IMG/VR virus record: IMGVR_UViG_3300010362_000068
Coordinates: 1-32,561 of that record
Length of the DNA: 32,561 nt
Source of the DNA: a virus
Lineage: Duplodnaviria > Caudoviricetes
Strand: one strand, 5' to 3'
In this document: in pieces, positions 1-8,831 of the stretch
Layout of the letters: every line of letters begins with the position of its first letter
Numbering within the stretch: the stretch's first letter is position 1
Notes under the pieces: generated by a model
Database searches by the model: none
Told to the model about the DNA's origin: nothing
The model's input: the letters and a program-made list of their open reading frames with translations, nothing else
Position numbers and translations under genes: made by a program

Positions 1-141
1 CTTCTGTCCTCCCATCTCAAGGCGGTGGCATGAAGCGCTCGACATCCCAAGCCCCGGCGCCTCGTGCTCGCGGTGGTGTGATCGTCTAGCCGCGTACCAT
101 TCGCCGCGACTGCACTCCTGGCGTCACGAGGATCTCCACAC

Positions 142-324
142 ATGCCGCTCGTCCAAGGTGGATCACAGCAGGCGATCAGCAAAAATATCCGCGCTGAAAT
201 CGGCGCCGGCAAACCACAGGACCAAGCCGTCGCCATCGCCATGGACGTCGCACGCCGATCGGGCGCACAGCCCGCCGACAAACCGCGTCGCCTCGCCCAG
301 CTGCTGATGACGCGCAGAGAATGA
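142..324 (+). CDS. small conserved phage protein (MPL..G.SQ..IS.NIR.E..AGKP..QAVAIA family)
   Basis: 60 aa ORF with a motif I recognise from many phage genomes. Its stop overlaps the next start (ATGA). Confidence 0.75.
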   Translation: MPLVQGGSQQAISKNIRAEIGAGKPQDQAVAIAMDVARRSGAQPADKPRRLAQLLMTRRE

Positions 325-551
325 TCATGGCTGTCATCGGTCCAACCTTCGCCGCCGAGCTGACCGCAAACGGACTCGGTGGTCTCCCCATCGCATGGAA
401 CGCAGACGGCGAGATCTTCGGACGCGACAAGCTGACCGCAGAGCAGAACGCTGGCGTCGATGCAGTGCTCGCCAAACACGATCCAACACAGCAAGACTTC
501 CTCACGCCCACACTCGACATGGGACGCACCGCCGCCGAGATCATGCAATGA
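321..551 (+). CDS. hypothetical phage protein, possibly tail-fibre associated
   Basis: 76 aa, ATGA coupling at both ends, IGPTF..EL...GL.GLP.AW...HDP motif. Confidence 0.7.
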   Translation: MIMAVIGPTFAAELTANGLGGLPIAWNADGEIFGRDKLTAEQNAGVDAVLAKHDPTQQDFLTPTLDMGRTAAEIMQ

Positions 552-910
552 GTGCGCTCGATCACATCGCCACAGCGCGCAGCGATGGCTTCTCCTCGCG
601 CGTGCTCATGCTGTCGATGACGACAGCGCAACAGGTTGCCGCTGAAGATCCGGCAGAACCAGATCACGCCGCGCGCGTCGATTACGCCAACCGCACATTT
701 CGCGGTGACGAGAATCCGAAGCTGCTCGCAACACACGTCATCGCATCGAACCCAACCATCATGGCAACGATCGATGAAGACCCAGGCGCATACGGCGCCA
801 ACGTGCCAGACAACGACATCGCGTTTGCACTCGCGAGCATCTGGACTGCACGCGCAATTGCGTTTGAAGCAACAGCGACAACACAACACGGTCCGCCGAC
901 TGTAGTGTGA
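548..910 (+). CDS. hypothetical phage protein
   Basis: C-terminal part of ORF 395..910, starting MSALDHIA at an ATG overlapping the upstream TGA. Composition is protein-like. Confidence 0.7.
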   Translation: MSALDHIATARSDGFSSRVLMLSMTTAQQVAAEDPAEPDHAARVDYANRTFRGDENPKLLATHVIASNPTIMATIDEDPGAYGANVPDNDIAFALASIWTARAIAFEATATTQHGPPTVV

Positions 911-973
911 GCACGCGCGAGCGCGGAGCGAGATCGAGAGTGGTTGAAAAACTGAAATCAAGGATCATTCAAC

Positions 974-1393
974 ATGAGCCATGGCGGCGCTCGGCGCGGT
1001 GCCGGCCGACCACCGGGCAGCAGAAACAAGGGACCGAGAAAAAAGCTGCAGCGCGAGCTGGTCGGCAAGGCGCTGTCCGAGCAGATGCGCGCGATACTCG
1101 GCGTTGATGCCTTCCCTGGTGACGGCGTGGCGTTGATGCAGCTCGTGTACAAGAACCCCGAGCTGCCGATCGAGCTGCGCCTGGAGGCGGCCAAGTGTGC
1201 GGCGCCTTACGAGCGGCCCAGGTTGAGCAGCATCGACCACACCGGCGAGGCGGCACGCGACTACGTGGCGCGCATGCCGATGAAGTCGGTGACGATGGAC
1301 GACTGGGCGAAGCAGCTCGACCTCGAGCTGGCCGAGCCGGCAGAGCAGAAACGGATTGTTGACGGGTCTAAGGCAACATTGTATCAGAGTTGA
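974..1393 (+). CDS. terS: putative terminase small subunit
   Basis: N-terminal GGARRGAGRPPGSRNK motif and RLEAAKCAAPYERPRL helix typical of TerS-like proteins. Lies upstream of TerL. Confidence 0.6.
   Translation: MSHGGARRGAGRPPGSRNKGPRKKLQRELVGKALSEQMRAILGVDAFPGDGVALMQLVYKNPELPIELRLEAAKCAAPYERPRLSSIDHTGEAARDYVARMPMKSVTMDDWAKQLDLELAEPAEQKRIVDGSKATLYQS
1359..1387 (+). promoter_or_regulatory. putative sigma70 promoter for the resolvase
   Basis: TTGACG-17 nt-TATCAG just upstream of the resolvase gene. Confidence 0.5.
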
Positions 1394-1413
1394 CCAAGGT
1401 CAATCGAGATACA
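1380..1413. repeat. imperfect inverted repeat, candidate res/crossover site
   Basis: TGTATCagagTTGACC-aa-GGTCAAtcgaGATACA: 16 bp arms (12/16 matched) around a 2 bp centre. Confidence 0.6.
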
Positions 1414-1417
1414 TGGA

Positions 1418-2080
1418 GTGCCTGCCGTGACCGTCTCCCGAGGAATTGTCTCCTACGTGCGTGTTTCGACTGGGCGCCAGGGCAAGTCGGGCCTGGGCCT
1501 GGACGCGCAGCGTGCCGCCATCCAGGCGTTCGCCCACGCCCACGGGCTCTCGATCCTGGGTGAGTTCGTGGAGGTCGAGACCGGCAAGGGCGCCGACGCC
1601 CTCGAGCAGCGCCCGAAGCTGGCGGCGGCCCTGGAGGCGGCGCGCAAGGCCCGGTGCGAGATCGCGGTCGCCAAGCTCGATCGCCTGTCGCGCGACGTTG
1701 CCTTCATCGCCGGCCTGATGGCGCAGCGGGTGCCGTTCGTGGTGACCGAGCTGGGCCGCGACGTCGATCCGTTCATGCTGCACATCTACGCCGCCCTGGC
1801 CGAGAAGGAGCGCCGGCTGATCTCGGCGCGCACCAAGGCGGCCCTGGCCCAGGCCAAGGCGCGCGGCAAGAAGCTCGGCAACGCCGCCCTGGCTGCGGCG
1901 AACCGGGCCGAGGCGCTCGAGCGCGCCGAGGAGCTGCGGCCGGTGCTCGAGGAGCTGCGTGGCTTGTCGCTGCGCAAGCTCGCCGAGGAGCTGAACGCAC
2001 GGGGGATCCCCACGCCGCGCGGGGGCTCGTGGAGGGCCATGACGGTGCGGACGGTCCTGGGCCGCCTCGACCGCGAATAA
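1418..2080 (+). CDS. serine recombinase (resolvase/invertase family)
   Basis: YVRVST catalytic Ser motif, [23 protein letters not shown] and a C-terminal [25 protein letters not shown]. Confidence 0.95.
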   Translation: MPAVTVSRGIVSYVRVSTGRQGKSGLGLDAQRAAIQAFAHAHGLSILGEFVEVETGKGADALEQRPKLAAALEAARKARCEIAVAKLDRLSRDVAFIAGLMAQRVPFVVTELGRDVDPFMLHIYAALAEKERRLISARTKAALAQAKARGKKLGNAALAAANRAEALERAEELRPVLEELRGLSLRKLAEELNARGIPTPRGGSWRAMTVRTVLGRLDRE

Positions 2081-2108
2081 CGCACCAGCGAGATCCGCTG
2101 CGCGATGG

Positions 2109-2142
2109 CGAGGCCTCCTGGCGCGGGGCCTCGTTCGTTTTT
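2109..2142 (+). terminator. intrinsic terminator after the resolvase
   Basis: CGAGGCCTC/GGGGCCTCG stem followed by TTCGTTTTT. Confidence 0.65.
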
Positions 2143-2242
2143 CTGGGCGCCGAGAAGGTTCATCGGTCGCCGCGCGAGCGGCGGGTAAAGGGTGAGAGCG
2201 GGGGTACCCCTCGCTGGCATTTTTCAATTGGGAGGACTGTTA

Positions 2243-2842
2243 ATGTGGGTGGATCCCCGACCATGTGAGCGGCGCTGCGCTGAGTGTCACGAGTGGAGGC
2301 ATCACTCGCGGTTTCGCACATGGAAGCGAGAGCGGCGCGGGAGATACAGTACTGAATCTCCCATTCGCTTCAGTCCGCGTTGTCGCGACTGCGAGCAGAC
2401 GGCGCGCAACGAGAAGAAGAATGCTGATCGACCGAAGGCGATCATTGAGAGCCGTGCGCGGACAGCAGCGAGCAAGGCTGGGGTTGGTCTCGAATTTTTC
2501 TGGGTTCAGATGAACTACCGTGCGCTCGTACCGGCGTTGCGCGCGATGATGACGGACGAAGGGATTTGCACGAGCTGCGGCCATCCATTTCTGAACGAGC
2601 GCGACATTCAGATTGAGCACATTGAACCGCCGCGTTTTGTCGAGGACTGGGCGCGGCTGCATGCACGCAATCTCAGGCTGGCGTGCGGTTCGTGCAATCG
2701 CACCAAGGGCCAGAAGCCCTATGCCGTATGGCTTGACGAGCAGGAGGGCGCACGACTGAGCAGCCTTGGCGGGCGGCGAACCGATAAGACGATGACCGTA
2801 GTTGGATTACCGCTATTTGCCTGGGGAGAGAAGGTTCATTGA
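2243..2842 (+). CDS. HNH endonuclease with Zn-binding CxxC motifs
   Basis: GGAGG RBS at 2231. CTSC...IEHIEP...HARNLRLACGSCNRTKG HNH motif, plus N-terminal CAEC/CRDC. Confidence 0.85.
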   Translation: MWVDPRPCERRCAECHEWRHHSRFRTWKRERRGRYSTESPIRFSPRCRDCEQTARNEKKNADRPKAIIESRARTAASKAGVGLEFFWVQMNYRALVPALRAMMTDEGICTSCGHPFLNERDIQIEHIEPPRFVEDWARLHARNLRLACGSCNRTKGQKPYAVWLDEQEGARLSSLGGRRTDKTMTVVGLPLFAWGEKVH

Positions 2843-4380
2843 CTGCAGCTGCAGCGCGCGAGCCGACTGTTGTCTGGCAACCGCAGCCTGGACCGCAGAC
2901 GGCTCTCATTCGGTGTCCTGCGTTCGAGGTGTTCTTCGGCGGTGCGCGTGGTGGCGGCAAGACGGACGGCATGCTTGGGGATTTTGTCGAGCATGCGAGT
3001 GTGTATGGCGAGCATGCGATCGGGCTGATGGTTCGCCGCAAGCGCACGCAGCTGGTGGAGACGATCGAGCGCTCGCGCCAGATCTACAGCCTGCTCGGCT
3101 GGCGTTTCAACGAGGTGGAGAAGATGTGGCGTGCGCCGAATGGTGCGCGTCTGCGCTTTGCCTATCTCGAGCGCGATGCTGATGCCGAGGAGTATCAGGG
3201 CCACAGCTACACCAGAGTTTACGTTGAAGAGATCGGCAATTTCCCGACTGACAAGCCGGTGCTCAAGCTGATGGCGACGTTGCGCAGCGCGCATGGTGTG
3301 CCGGTTGGTTTCCGCGCGACGGGCAATCCTGGCGGGCCTGGGCACAACTGGGTGCGCAAGCGCTACATCGATCCGGCGCCGCTGGGCTGGCGCACCGGCA
3401 TCAGAAGGTTCGAGAACCCGTTCACCGGGGAGATCGTCGAGCGCGACTGGGTCTACATTCCCTCGCGCTTGAGCGACAACCGCTATCTCGGCGCCGAGTA
3501 CGTTGCCAACCTGCAGATGGTTGGCAGTGATCTCTTGGTGCGGGCGTGGTTGACCGGCGACTGGACGGTGATCGAGGGGGCGTACTTCGATTGCTGGAGC
3601 ATGCAGAAGCATGTTGTCTCACCGTTTACGGTGCCGGCCGACTGGCTGCGTTTCCGCTCCATGGACTGGGGATCTGCTGCACCGTTCAGCATCGGCTGGT
3701 GGGCGGTCGTTACGACTGATCACGAACTACCGTTGGCAGTGCATGAGCAGCGACGAGAGATTGCGCTGGCAGCGGATGGGGCAGGCGCCGACGCATTGGG
3801 ATGCCGCGTATTACCGCGCGGTGCGCTCGTGCGCTATCGCGAGTGGTATGGCACGCTCGCGCCTGACACCAACGTCGGACTGAAGCTCACGGCCGAGACG
3901 GTGGCGGCCGGCATCAGGATGAAGTCGGCGGGCGAGCACTACGCCTACACGGTGTGCGACCCGTCGATCTTCCGCCAGGACGGTGGACCGTCGATTGCCG
4001 AGCGCATGATCCGTTCGAAGCTCACCGGCCTCAAGCCGGGAGACAACAAGCGCGTGCCGTTGCGTGGTGCGATGGGCGGCTGGGATCAGATGCGGGCCAG
4101 GATGGTCGGCGACGGCGAGCGGCCGATGATCTACTGCTTCGCGACGTGCATTGACAGCATCAGGACGATCCCGGTGCTGCAGCATGATCCTGACCGGCCC
4201 GAGGATCTCGACACTGATGCCGAGGATCATGCGGCGGACGAGTGGCGCTATGCGTGCATGTCGCGCCCGTGGGCGCGGACGCTCGAGCTGCCGCAACCGA
4301 GGAAGGTGTTCCGCTTAGGAGCGACGAACAATGTGACGCTCGACGATCTGTGGTCGACCAAGCGCAGGCGGTATCTGTGA
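2839..4380 (+). CDS. terL: terminase large subunit
   Basis: WQPQPGPQ Q-motif, Walker A GGARGGGKT, Walker B VYVEE, ATGNPGG coupling motif, nuclease SMDWG and EDHAADEWRY. Confidence 0.96.
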   Translation: MTAAAAREPTVVWQPQPGPQTALIRCPAFEVFFGGARGGGKTDGMLGDFVEHASVYGEHAIGLMVRRKRTQLVETIERSRQIYSLLGWRFNEVEKMWRAPNGARLRFAYLERDADAEEYQGHSYTRVYVEEIGNFPTDKPVLKLMATLRSAHGVPVGFRATGNPGGPGHNWVRKRYIDPAPLGWRTGIRRFENPFTGEIVERDWVYIPSRLSDNRYLGAEYVANLQMVGSDLLVRAWLTGDWTVIEGAYFDCWSMQKHVVSPFTVPADWLRFRSMDWGSAAPFSIGWWAVVTTDHELPLAVHEQRREIALAADGAGADALGCRVLPRGALVRYREWYGTLAPDTNVGLKLTAETVAAGIRMKSAGEHYAYTVCDPSIFRQDGGPSIAERMIRSKLTGLKPGDNKRVPLRGAMGGWDQMRARMVGDGERPMIYCFATCIDSIRTIPVLQHDPDRPEDLDTDAEDHAADEWRYACMSRPWARTLELPQPRKVFRLGATNNVTLDDLWSTKRRRYL

Positions 4381-4390
4381 GGAGGAGAGC

Positions 4391-4678
4391 ATGGCGAAGC
4401 GACAACACAAGCGCGCCGAGCATGATGACGACGACGATGATGATGACGAGCACGGTGGTGTGATCCCGCATCCGAGCGTCGAGCAGGAGGCGGAACCGCA
4501 GGCGACTGTCGGCTGTGGCAGCTGCCGTTTCTTCATTGTCAACGCCGGCAGCGAGACGGCGGGAACGTGTCACCGTTTCCCGGCGACGATCGTGACGTTT
4601 GGCTCCAATGCGGCGGTCAAGTGGGTGCCGGTGGAGCCGAGCGACTGGTGCGGCGAGTATCAGCCGCTGGCGGAATGA
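4391..4678 (+). CDS. hypothetical protein with poly-Asp tract and 4-Cys (HiPIP-like) motif
   Basis: GGAGGAG RBS. CGSC...C.RFP...WCGEY motif. Confidence 0.75.
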   Translation: MAKRQHKRAEHDDDDDDDDEHGGVIPHPSVEQEAEPQATVGCGSCRFFIVNAGSETAGTCHRFPATIVTFGSNAAVKWVPVEPSDWCGEYQPLAE

Positions 4679-4681
4679 TCG

Positions 4682-6691
4682 ATGAGCGACAGCTACGGCG
4701 CGGCCACACCGACGCAAGACAAGGCGGCGGTGGATCCCGGCTACACGGTCGAGCTGTGGAAGGCGGAATTGGCGCGTGCGCGCAAGTGCATGAAGAAGTG
4801 GGAGGACGACTGCGACAAGATCATCAAGAAGTATCGCGCCGACGCCAGCATGGCGCTTGAGGACACTCCGCGTTTTTCAGTGTTGTGGGCGAATACGCAG
4901 ACGATGATGCCGGCGGTGTATGCGCGGCAGCCGCAGCCGGTGGTGCAGCGGCGTTTTCTCGATCGCGATCCGGTCGCGCGCACCGCCACGCAGATCCTCG
5001 AGCGTGCGCTCAAGTACGAGATCGACAGCGGTCAGCTGCATGCGGCGATGAAGCTGGCGATCGAGGACTATGCGCTGTGCGCGCGCGGGCAGGCCTGGGT
5101 GCGCTACGACGCGAGCTTCGTCACAGAACAGATAACTGGCGCAGATGGTGCGCCAGTGCTGGCGCAAGGTCAGCCGCTGACGATCGAGAAGGTTGATCGC
5201 GAGCGCATCTGCATCGACTACATCTACCGCAAGGATTTTCTGCATGCGCCGGCGCGCATCTGGAAGGAGGTGGCGTGGGTGGCCAAGCGCGCCTACCTGT
5301 CGCGGCCCAAGCTGGTCGAGCTGTGCGGCCCCGAGATCGGCAATGCGGTGCCGCTCAATTGCGGGCCCGAGGGCGAGGACAGTAAGGCCGGCAAGAACGC
5401 CTACGGGCAGACGGTGTACGAGGAGCTGCGGCGGGCCGAGGTGTGGGAGATCTGGTGCAAGGACACGATGCGCGTGCATTGGATCTGTCCCGACCACGAC
5501 GTGCCGCTCAAGGAGATGGACGATCCGCTGCAGCTCGAGGACTTCTTCCCCTGTCCCGAGCCGGTGTACGGCACGCTGACCACCGACAGCCTGATCCCGG
5601 TGCCCGACTACAAGCAGTACGAGGGGCAGGCGGTGGAGATGGACGACCTGTGCGCGCGCACCGACAAGCTGATCGCGGCGTGCAAGGTGGTGGGCACCTA
5701 TGATGCGTCAAGCACGGCGCTGGCGCGCATGCTCACCGAGGGCGTCGAGAACGAGCTGATCGCCAACGAGAACTGGGCGGCGTTTGCGCAGCAGGGCGGC
5801 CTCAAGGGCTCGATGGACTTTCTTCCGCTCGAGCAGTTCGTCGGCGCGCTGATGCAGATCTATCAGGCGCGCGCCTCGACCAAGTCGGACATCTACGAGA
5901 TCACCGGGATGTCGGACATCATTCGCGGCCAGTCGGATCCGACCGAGACGGCGACGGCGCAGCAGATCAAGGGGCAGTATGCATCGCTGCGGCTGCGCTC
6001 GCGCCAGCAGGATGTGGCGCGCTTCGTGCGCGACCTCATCCGCATCATGGGCGAGATCATCTGCGAGCACTTCCGCCCGCAGACGCTGTGGGAGATGAGC
6101 GGCGCCCAGGAGATGGTCGGCGCCGAGGATCCGCGTTTCATGGGCGTGTTCATGCAGGCGTGCCAGCTCCTGCAGAACGAGCGCCTGCGCGGGTTCAAGG
6201 TTGACATCGAGACCGACTCGACGGTGGCCGCCGACGAGCAGGAGGAGAAGAGTTCGCGCGCCGAGTTTCTGCGCTCGGTCGGCGGGTTGCTCGGGCAGGC
6301 GCTGCCGGCGGTGGAGAAGTATCCCGGCATCGCCCCGCTGATCGGCCACATGGTGCTGTTCGCGGTGCGCGGCTTCCGCGTCGGCCGCGAGCTGGAGAGC
6401 GTGTTCGAGCAGGCGGTCGACCAGCTCGAGCGCACGCCGCTGCCGCAGCCGCCCGACGAGAACGCGCAGGCGCAGGCCAAGGTGCAGGGCGAGATGGCGC
6501 GTGATCAGCAATCGCATGAGATGGACATGACCAAGAAGGCGGTCGACATCCAGGCCGACCGCGAGCGCAACGACGCCGAGCTGCAGAAGATCAATGTGCA
6601 GGCGCGCACCGATCTCACCCAGGAGCTGTTGCGCACCATGCGACCGCAGCCGCAGCCGATGCAGCCGCCGCCGGGAGGCCTGCCGCAGTGA
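4682..6691 (+). CDS. portal protein
   Basis: 669 aa after TerL, with EITGMSDIIRG..TETATAQ motif and a Q/P-rich coiled-coil C-terminus typical of podoviral portals. Confidence 0.9.
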   Translation: MSDSYGAATPTQDKAAVDPGYTVELWKAELARARKCMKKWEDDCDKIIKKYRADASMALEDTPRFSVLWANTQTMMPAVYARQPQPVVQRRFLDRDPVARTATQILERALKYEIDSGQLHAAMKLAIEDYALCARGQAWVRYDASFVTEQITGADGAPVLAQGQPLTIEKVDRERICIDYIYRKDFLHAPARIWKEVAWVAKRAYLSRPKLVELCGPEIGNAVPLNCGPEGEDSKAGKNAYGQTVYEELRRAEVWEIWCKDTMRVHWICPDHDVPLKEMDDPLQLEDFFPCPEPVYGTLTTDSLIPVPDYKQYEGQAVEMDDLCARTDKLIAACKVVGTYDASSTALARMLTEGVENELIANENWAAFAQQGGLKGSMDFLPLEQFVGALMQIYQARASTKSDIYEITGMSDIIRGQSDPTETATAQQIKGQYASLRLRSRQQDVARFVRDLIRIMGEIICEHFRPQTLWEMSGAQEMVGAEDPRFMGVFMQACQLLQNERLRGFKVDIETDSTVAADEQEEKSSRAEFLRSVGGLLGQALPAVEKYPGIAPLIGHMVLFAVRGFRVGRELESVFEQAVDQLERTPLPQPPDENAQAQAKVQGEMARDQQSHEMDMTKKAVDIQADRERNDAELQKINVQARTDLTQELLRTMRPQPQPMQPPPGGLPQ

Positions 6692-6886
6692 TCAGCGGTC
6701 GGGGCTTCTGGTTTCGTGCACGACCGACACTTTCCACTGCTTGGCGTGGCAGTACTTGCGCACGCGCTCGCGCGACCAGCCGCGCATGTAGCGCACGATG
6801 TCGGCGGCCTCGACCACGCGATCATTACGCAGCACGATGCCGGCGTTGAAGTGCGGCGCGTCGATCTCGGCCAGGATCTCGATCAT
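6692..6886 (-). CDS. hypothetical protein (MIEILAEIDAPHFNAG...)
   Basis: 64 aa, APHFNAGIV...AA.IVRYM.GWS motif seen in phage small proteins. ATGA overlap with the upstream minus ORF. Confidence 0.65.
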   Translation of the reverse strand: MIEILAEIDAPHFNAGIVLRNDRVVEAADIVRYMRGWSRERVRKYCHAKQWKVSVVHETRSPDR

Positions 6887-7092
6887 GGCTCCTGCTTGTG
6901 CTCGAGCCGTTCGACCCAGTTGTGCAGCACCGGCGCCGGCATGGTCTCGATGAAGTAGCGGTCGGCGCGCGGGCATTTCTTGCGCACGTTCTGCAGCGCC
7001 TGGTTCTCGCTGGTCGCGATGGTGGTGCCGCTGCCGACGAGCTGCGGATCGAGGCCGCGCGTGGCGACGTAGTAGTAGCGGGAGAATGTCAT
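6883..7092 (-). CDS. hypothetical protein
   Basis: 69 aa, coupled to the downstream gene. No clear RBS, so the start is uncertain. Confidence 0.45.
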   Translation of the reverse strand: MTFSRYYYVATRGLDPQLVGSGTTIATSENQALQNVRKKCPRADRYFIETMPAPVLHNWVERLEHKQEP

Positions 7093-7258
7093 GACGTTCG
7101 CGCTCGCGTTCTGGATACTCATGCTGCTGTGGCTGGTGCTGTTCCTGTGGTCGCACTGGTCGCCGGTCCCGTGGGGACCGCTCGGCAACGGTCTGCTGCT
7201 GTTCCTGTTGTTCCTGCTCATCGGCTGGAAAGTTTTCGGCGCGCCATTGCACGGGTGA
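7091..7258 (+). CDS. small two-TM membrane protein (55 aa, not in the ORF track)
   Basis: GGAGA RBS. MTFALAFWILMLLWLVLFLWSHWSPVPWGPLGNGLLLFLLFLLIGWKVFGAPLHG. Confidence 0.8.
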   Translation: MTFALAFWILMLLWLVLFLWSHWSPVPWGPLGNGLLLFLLFLLIGWKVFGAPLHG

Positions 7259-7459
7259 TCATGGCAACGGGTCAGCCTTAAAAACCCGGTCGTGCATCTG
7301 GTCGAGCTGCTCACCGGCCGCGCGAATGTAGGTGCGGATGTCGTCGCTCGTCGGTGCCGGTTTTTTGCTGTCGAGGGCGTGCCGCATCGCCCGCATCGTC
7401 AGCGTCATGATGGCCAGCAGATCCAGCGCAAACTGTGCGCGGACTTCGTTCTCGTCCAT
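7259..7459 (-). CDS. hypothetical protein
   Basis: GGGAGA RBS, 66 aa, MDENEVRAQF... Confidence 0.6.
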   Translation of the reverse strand: MDENEVRAQFALDLLAIMTLTMRAMRHALDSKKPAPTSDDIRTYIRAAGEQLDQMHDRVFKADPLP

Positions 7460-7471
7460 TGAGGTCTCCCA

Positions 7472-7753
7472 TTGAAAGGCGTCGTCTACGTGTACCGCGC
7501 CGGCAAGATCGTGCGCAAGGACCACGCGCGCCCGTTGCGGCGCGCCGGCCCGCACGTCATCCGCGACAGCATGGATGCGACATGGCATCCGGCTGACAAC
7601 CGGATCTACGACAGCAAGGCAAAATTCCGCGCCGTGACGCGCGCCCATGGCTGCACCGAGGTCGGCGACGAGCGCCAGATCCCGCGTGCTCCCGAGCGCG
7701 TGCCAGGACTGAAGGCAGACATCGCCCGCGCGATCGCGGAACTCGGCGGGTAA
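7472..7753 (+). CDS. conserved phage head-region protein
   Basis: YDSKAKFRAVTRAHGC.EVGDE motif commonly found upstream of scaffold genes in this phage type. TTG start is uncertain. Confidence 0.7.
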   Translation: MKGVVYVYRAGKIVRKDHARPLRRAGPHVIRDSMDATWHPADNRIYDSKAKFRAVTRAHGCTEVGDERQIPRAPERVPGLKADIARAIAELGG

Positions 7754-7764
7754 AGGACATCGAC

Positions 7765-8775
7765 ATGCCAGGAGACGAACCCGGCGCCGACGCGCCGGCC
7801 GAGGACAGTCTGCGCTCTGCGCTGGAGACCGCATGGTCCTCCGACGCCGAGCCGGCGCCTGCGGCCCCAGGCCCCCCGCCGACCGCAGGCGACAGTCAAG
7901 CGGCGCCGGCCGGCAAGGCGAGCGATCAGCCACGCCTGCCTGACGGCACGTTCACGCACAAGCCAAAGGACGAGGCGCCCGCTGCTGCAGCACCAGCCGG
8001 GACGGGCACAGCCCCCGCCACCCGCAAGGCGCCGGCAGCGTGGGCGAAGGAGCACCACCCGCTGTGGGACAAGCTCGACCCCGCCATTCAGGAGGTGATC
8101 CTGAAACGGGAGACCGACGTCTCCAGAGGTTTCGAAGAACGCGCGCTCAAAGCGCGCCCGTACGAAGAGCTGGATCAGATCTTCCAGCCGCATCGGCAAC
8201 GCTGGCACTTGAACGGATGGTCGGAGGCTCAGGCAATTCAGCAGCTGCTCGCTGCCCAGACCTACCTCGAGCAGGATCCCGTCAACGCCATTCGCTGGCT
8301 CGCCGCATCGTATGGGTTGCGCCCCGAGCAGCTCTATCAGCAACAGACCCAGGTCGATCCGATGGCGCAATACGTCGCGCCATTGCATCAACGCATTGCC
8401 GACCTCGAGACCGCGCGCCAACGCGAGCGCGAGGCCGTGCAGCAGCATCAGGATCGCGCGCTGTTGTCCGAGATCGAATCCTTCTCCAAGGATCATCCGC
8501 ATCTCGAGCATCTGCGTCACGACATGGCGGTGCTGCTCGCCAACGGTCGCGCCGAGACGCTGCAGGAGGCCTACGACAAAGCCATCTGGATGTATCCCGA
8601 GCTGCGCACTCAGATCCTCGCCGATCAGGCCAAGGATCAGGCGGCGAAATCCGCCGAGGATGCGGCCCGCGCCAGGAAGGCGGCGTCGAGCATCACTGGA
8701 GCGCCGACCGGCGACGGCGCGCGTGAAGGACCGCGCGCATCGCTGCGCGAGGAGATCGAGGCGGCCTTCGGTTGA
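7765..8775 (+). CDS. capsid scaffolding protein
   Basis: Acidic/Pro-rich N-terminus and helical coiled-coil body, immediately upstream of the major capsid gene. Confidence 0.8.
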   Translation: MPGDEPGADAPAEDSLRSALETAWSSDAEPAPAAPGPPPTAGDSQAAPAGKASDQPRLPDGTFTHKPKDEAPAAAAPAGTGTAPATRKAPAAWAKEHHPLWDKLDPAIQEVILKRETDVSRGFEERALKARPYEELDQIFQPHRQRWHLNGWSEAQAIQQLLAAQTYLEQDPVNAIRWLAASYGLRPEQLYQQQTQVDPMAQYVAPLHQRIADLETARQREREAVQQHQDRALLSEIESFSKDHPHLEHLRHDMAVLLANGRAETLQEAYDKAIWMYPELRTQILADQAKDQAAKSAEDAARARKAASSITGAPTGDGAREGPRASLREEIEAAFG

Positions 8776-8831
8776 GCCGCGCGTGCATGCGCGGCTTTCA
8801 TCTTTCCTCGAACACAGAAGGCTAATTCAAC

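Noticed and set aside
3715-3810. Possible intein or intron in TerL (apparent ~30 aa insertion)
   Set aside because: Too short, with no intein C/HN motifs. It is probably a loop insertion.
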